From Saccostrea echinata (taxonomy: Eukaryota): a DNA stretch of 64,000 bases. The position numbers were made by a program, and so were the translations under genes. Location of the stretch: assembly GCF_033153115.1 (NCBI RefSeq), contig NW_026889779.1, positions 23,002,001-23,066,000 on the forward strand, in the 5' to 3' direction. The notes under the pieces were generated by a model. The model saw only the letters and a program-made list of their open reading frames with translations, did no database searches and was not told the origin of the DNA. Of the stretch, positions 59,701 through 64,000 are shown one piece after another (positions within the stretch are counted from its first letter, which is position 1; every line of letters begins with the position of its first letter).

Positions 59701-62700
59701 AGTGGCTAACAGTTGTATCTTCGAATATATTCTTTCTTCTCCAATAGTTGACAGAGTTTTGTATTTGGTTTAATCTTAAAGGGAAAACTTCAGATGTTCT
59801 GCGATGCCAAGGAGAGTGTGGAAGTTTATAGTCTAGTCACTTTGGCGGCTCTAGACACCATGTTGCGATGTTCCCTCTCGTACGAAGGTCACGTGCAGGA
59901 GAAAGGGTAAGTTCCCAAATGTGTCGGTAACAAATATGTGTGTCTCAAAACTTGTTTTTCATTTCTGTCATATCAAAAATTGAAGCAAAATTACCACATA
60001 ACAATAATTTATTCAATAAAATATTTTTTTTGTTTTCGATAGAACGAATCATCCATACGCAGAAGCAGTGAGAAACCTGGCAAAACTGACAGTAAGCCGA
60101 TCACTGTAAGTAGCATTGACTACCTAAGACAAATTTTGTAATTCATTTAAAAGAGTCATTGTACAAATTGAGCGAAAAATACAAGTCTTGAATTTTACTT
60201 CCTGAACAATCATCATGATTGAAATTAAAGATTTTAACAGTTTCATTGACCGTTATTTGTTCTTTTTGAAGTATTTATTAAATTTTATTTGAGGTTTCTG
60301 TCTATTTTAGGAAACCCTGGCTGTATTTTGATTTTATATATAAACTATCCACTGAAGGAAAGGAGTTCTATAAACTAATAGACTTTGTTCACCAGTTTGC
60401 AGATGACATTATACAATCAAGGAGAAAGGCACTGGTAAGCAGAGAAGACTGATGCCAGTTTATCCACTTAGAATTCAAGTATAATTTAAAATAAGCGTGG
60501 ACAGACCATTCAAATATAATTATATAGAATGAAATTATTACAGGCTGATGATCCTGGTCAGTTACAAAAAAGAAGACGTGACTTCCTGGACATACTTATC
60601 ACAGCAAAAGATGACCAAGGCGAAGGATTATCTGATCTTGATATTCGTGCAGAAGTGGACACATTTCTTTTTGAAGGTCAGATAATTCTTTTTTTTAATT
60701 GTTTTTAGAACACATCTATTACAAAGGATGAATGAACCTTTCTTTACCAAACAAATTTTCTCTGTGTTTTCTGTCTGCTCTGTTATCTGTTTCTGCTGCC
60801 GTGACTTCTTTACATTTTGACGTATTTCTTTATAACTCCTTGACCAGTTTTATCCAACCTTATCACAAATCTGTAGTTTCTGAATTAAGTAGATCGTTTT
60901 CTTCAGGACATGACACCACCTCTTCTTCCATAAGCTGGGCTATATACAGTCTCGCAAAACATCCAAAGGAACAGGAAACTCTTTACAAAGAGGTGATAGA
61001 AGTCTTAAATGGGCGAGACAAACTGCAGTGGTATTGATCTTATACATGTATCTAGAGACAAGTAAAGACTTGAAATTTAGCTTCACTTATATTCACAAGC
61101 AAGGCACCAAAAATGCCAATTGATCTCTTGATTATTTCTCATTTCACTTCATAGGGACGACCTCCCTTCACTGAAATACATGTCGATGTTCCTGAAAGAA
61201 GTGATGAGGATGCATACTCCCGTCCCCTTCATCGGTCGAGTCACAGCCAAACCACTCACACTAGACGGCATTACAATTCCCGCCAAAACAAAAATTGATA
61301 TCATTCTTCATGCCATAAATCACCATCCAGATCTTTGGTCTGATCCACAGGTTTACATGTCAAGATGTGGATACAGTACAATTTTAATAATTAAGATTTT
61401 TATTTGGAAGCTTAATGCTTAAGTATAATATTTTTTCCCGTATTCTCTTTTATATTTTAAAACTGACGGTTGAACATATGTTCAACTTTTTTCGTTCAGT
61501 ATGAAATTTTGTTGTGTAATAATCAGGAAAAATGAAAATACACCTTTAAAACTATGGCCACCTAATACACAGAAATATTTGTTCATATGTTTTATTAGTT
61601 CCTAATGTAGGGAAATTCGAAGCAATAAGTGCTTAAATTTGTCAAATAGATCGACAGATATGTGGCACATAATTTTTTTAATTGGGTTACAGGAGTTCCG
61701 ACCTCGTAGATTTGACGAGGAGAAAAGACAAGACCGAGATCCGTATAGTTACATACCTTTCTCTGCTGGCTCAAGGTGAGACTAAATTTATTATACATGT
61801 ATTTAAATTGCAAAATGAAAAAAAAATTACAATCATTATCTTTAAATGTTAGAGGCCTGAGTTCGATTCTTGTTTGCCACGACGGGGCAAGCCTAAGACA
61901 AAAACATAGGGCGTGATATTGACCACCTTAAACAAAATCCTTATAAGTGTTCTTGTTATTCCTCTTTTTTTCAACTATAATGCAGCTGGGCACGTCATTA
62001 CTGATGATGAAAGTATAGTTTAAAATGGCGACCTACATAATGTAAAAGTTATAATTTCAAAAGATCCTAAATTCAGGGAGTCCAGATCTTTCAAATAGCG
62101 ACATAACTTCATTTCTGTTGTGAATTCCGTCAAGGAGTATGCTAGAATGGGCTAAATAAGAAGGGGAAAGTCTTGACCTTTGTCAGAAATGGATTAAACG
62201 TATTAGATATATATATTAAAAAATCGCAAATTATAGGTCAAAATGCGAACTATATCTATCCTTCCCGTTTTCAGTAGACCGGAAGTGATAAAAGAATTGG
62301 AAAGACTACATGAAAATATGTTTTGGTTTGTAAGGCTAATTATTACAACTGCATTTAAGAAGAACTTAGATTTAATGCCACTTCAAGTAATCAAAGCTAT
62401 ATTCACAGCTCCCTTTCAAAGGATGAAATTATTCAAAATCACCTTTCAAGTTTTAAAAACATTTAGCATTCCAGTCAATGAAATTGGATTTATTGGATTC
62501 CAAAACTTCATAAAAACCATTAAAACAAAGATATATTGCAGGGTCCAGTTGAGTAAATGTTCAACCAATCCCCTATCCTTACTCCTCACCAGCATATGAA
62601 CTGCTGTGAAGGAGAAATTTCTGTCGCATTGTGCTACAACGTTTTCAAGAAGTAGTGTAAATCAAATGTGGATTCTAAACAAAAACTCTGAAGAATTTTT

Positions 62701-63905
62701 GGAAAATTTAAAATCTCTAAATTTTTCAAATATCAAAATCATCAAAACATATGGCTTTTCAACGCTTTATACAACTATTCCTTACGATAAACTAAAGAGC
62801 AGGCTCTTTGATATCATAGACAACTGCTTCCTCAATCATTATGAAACTCGTAAATTTTCATATCTTGTGATTAGTCATCTACAGAATTATTTTGTTCAAA
62901 ATCTTTCTGATTCTATATACAAGTACTCTGAAGTTGATATTAAAAAGATGGTGGAGTTCCTCATTGAAGTATCTATGTAGTTTTTAGAGATCAGATCTTC
63001 CATCAGCTTGTTGGAAATCCGATACATTGTGGTCCTTTGAAGCAGAGTGTATTGAAAAATTTCTTCATGAGAAGAAGAAAACTTTTGCTGTGGCCTTCAA
63101 CATTTTGATATATCGACGACGTTTTCTCAGTTAACCATAGTTAGTTTGATTCATATGTCAAATCGATATGCTAGTTCTCCATTAAACTCGAAATAAAAGA
63201 CACCACATAGTCTGCCACATATGTTTTTATCTGGATTTTTTTACCAACTAATGACGATGATAACCAACTAATAACAACTGTATGACAAACGGAACGACTT
63301 CAGCTTTTCCATCATCAACTTCCCATATTTATGTATCAATATTCCAACATCACCTACTTCTCCAAACTGATACGATGGGTAAGAGCATGATCTGAATACG
63401 GTCAGTTTTTAAACCGAAGCAAACTACTGATAAATCAGTTGTTAAGATGTTACTCGGATTTCAACATCCCCGTTTAAAGTCAGCTTTTTGCAAATTATAC
63501 TTTTATCTCAATCTCTGGGCGAACAAAATTGAGATGCCTATGCAAGTCGCTCAGATGACGAATTGCTTTTCATTTCGTCATTCTTGTAAACTTCAAATAT
63601 GTTTGTAAATATCAAATGTTTGAATTCAAAATTTTTGTAATCATGTTCTTGGTGGCAGGTCATGGTCACACTTGAAATATTACATCCCACTAGACTTTTT
63701 TCCAAGGAAAAATAATCCATATTTTAGAATAATTTGTTTCAGATACCATGCGCCTCATATACTTTTTCCCAAAAATTTATACGTTTGCCAAAATATGTTC
63801 TATATGCTTTTATTTCATTGTATATTGTTCTAAAAATAGGAACTGCATTGGACAGAATTTTGCAGTCAGTGAGGAGAAAGTCATGATCGCATCACTTATA
63901 AAACG
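52457..63905 (+). CDS. Cytochrome P450, CYP4 clan (CYP4F-like); final exon lies beyond the window
   Basis: Exons 52457-52606, 58912(or 58918)-59113, 59350-59477, 59782-59906, 60043-60105, 60311-60434, 60544-60676, 60907-61030, 61155-61350, 61693-61775, 63840-63905. N-terminal TM anchor, [72 protein letters not shown]. Confidence 0.95.
53511..53856 (+). mobile_element. tRNA-derived V-domain SINE (second head type), full length
   Basis: A box TAGCTCAGTCGG, B box-like ACTTCGAATCT, core and tail shared with the 5079 SINE; TSD TCGTAGCCACAATCACC (53494-53510 / 53857-53873). Confidence 0.9.
54549..54705 (-). mobile_element. SINE 3' half
   Basis: Reverse complement of the SINE tail and core, with (ATTG)n. 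Confidence 0.8.
54790..55081 (-). mobile_element. tRNA-derived SINE, same family as 5079-5378
   Basis: Reverse-complement A and B boxes (GGGATTCGAACCC), same core; TSD CCGATTC(A/C)TTGT. Confidence 0.85.
56684..57921 (+). mobile_element. CvA/HINE-like element family A, older copy nested in the Hero-like LINE
   Basis: Same head and 3' end as 26046-28176, with ~6 diverged monomers. Confidence 0.85.
58260..58450 (-). mobile_element. SINE 5' half (53511 family)
   Basis: GCTCTACCGAATGAGCTACC is the reverse complement of the A-box region. Confidence 0.7.
58687..58845. repeat. 78-bp direct tandem duplication upstream of CYP4 exon 2
   Basis: AACGTACGTTTGAGTTGAAAT...ATTCTTTGAC occurs twice. Confidence 0.9.
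61985..63500 (+). mobile_element. Penelope-like retroelement, long decayed RT fragment in CYP4 intron 10
   Basis: [47 protein letters not shown] and [14 protein letters not shown] remnants with frameshifts. Confidence 0.8.
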
Positions 63906-64000
63906 GTATTTGGTTCTCTGAAGTATGAAACAAGGGATAATAAGTATTCAGTAATTTTTAATAGACTGTTTACAATAACTTTTAACTTCTTGATATAGTT

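Noticed and set aside
62001-62014. CTGATGATGAAA hammerhead-like core
   Set aside because: No stem II; it corresponds to decayed Penelope-like coding sequence (GHVITGD).

Overview
AT-rich eukaryotic genomic DNA with spliced genes, most likely from an oyster or related bivalve (inferred from CvA/HINE-type elements carrying ~166-bp internal repeats, V-domain tRNA-SINEs, Penelope-like RT fragments and a vWA + chitin-binding shell-matrix-type gene). Exons were reconstructed by hand. Genes in order: probable 3' UTR of an upstream + strand gene (1-~2720); RUSF1/C16orf58 (-, 14 exons); CCDC152 (+, single coding exon); a secreted vWA + 2x chitin-binding (CBM14) protein (-); a cytosolic sulfotransferase (+, 5 exons); PES1/pescadillo (-, 17 exons), head-to-head with intronless MRPL12 (+); and a CYP4-clan P450 (+, last exon beyond the window). 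Mobile DNA includes a young 5'-truncated L1/Tx1-type LINE with an open 1090-aa ORF in a PES1 intron, a decayed Hero-type LINE with nested insertions in CYP4 intron 1, SINEs, HINE/CvA-like elements, MITEs and Penelope-like fragments. Most notable observations: (1) the LINE presents an in-frame splice acceptor 211 nt after PES1 exon 14, predicting a possible PES1-reverse transcriptase chimera; (2) several tandem duplications are seeded on exon-intron junctions (17 copies of a SULT donor, 13 of a PES1 donor, duplicated PES1 acceptor and exon ends); (3) the SULT C-terminal coding segment is triplicated past the stop codon with codon-biased divergence. All functional claims are inferences that need transcript data.
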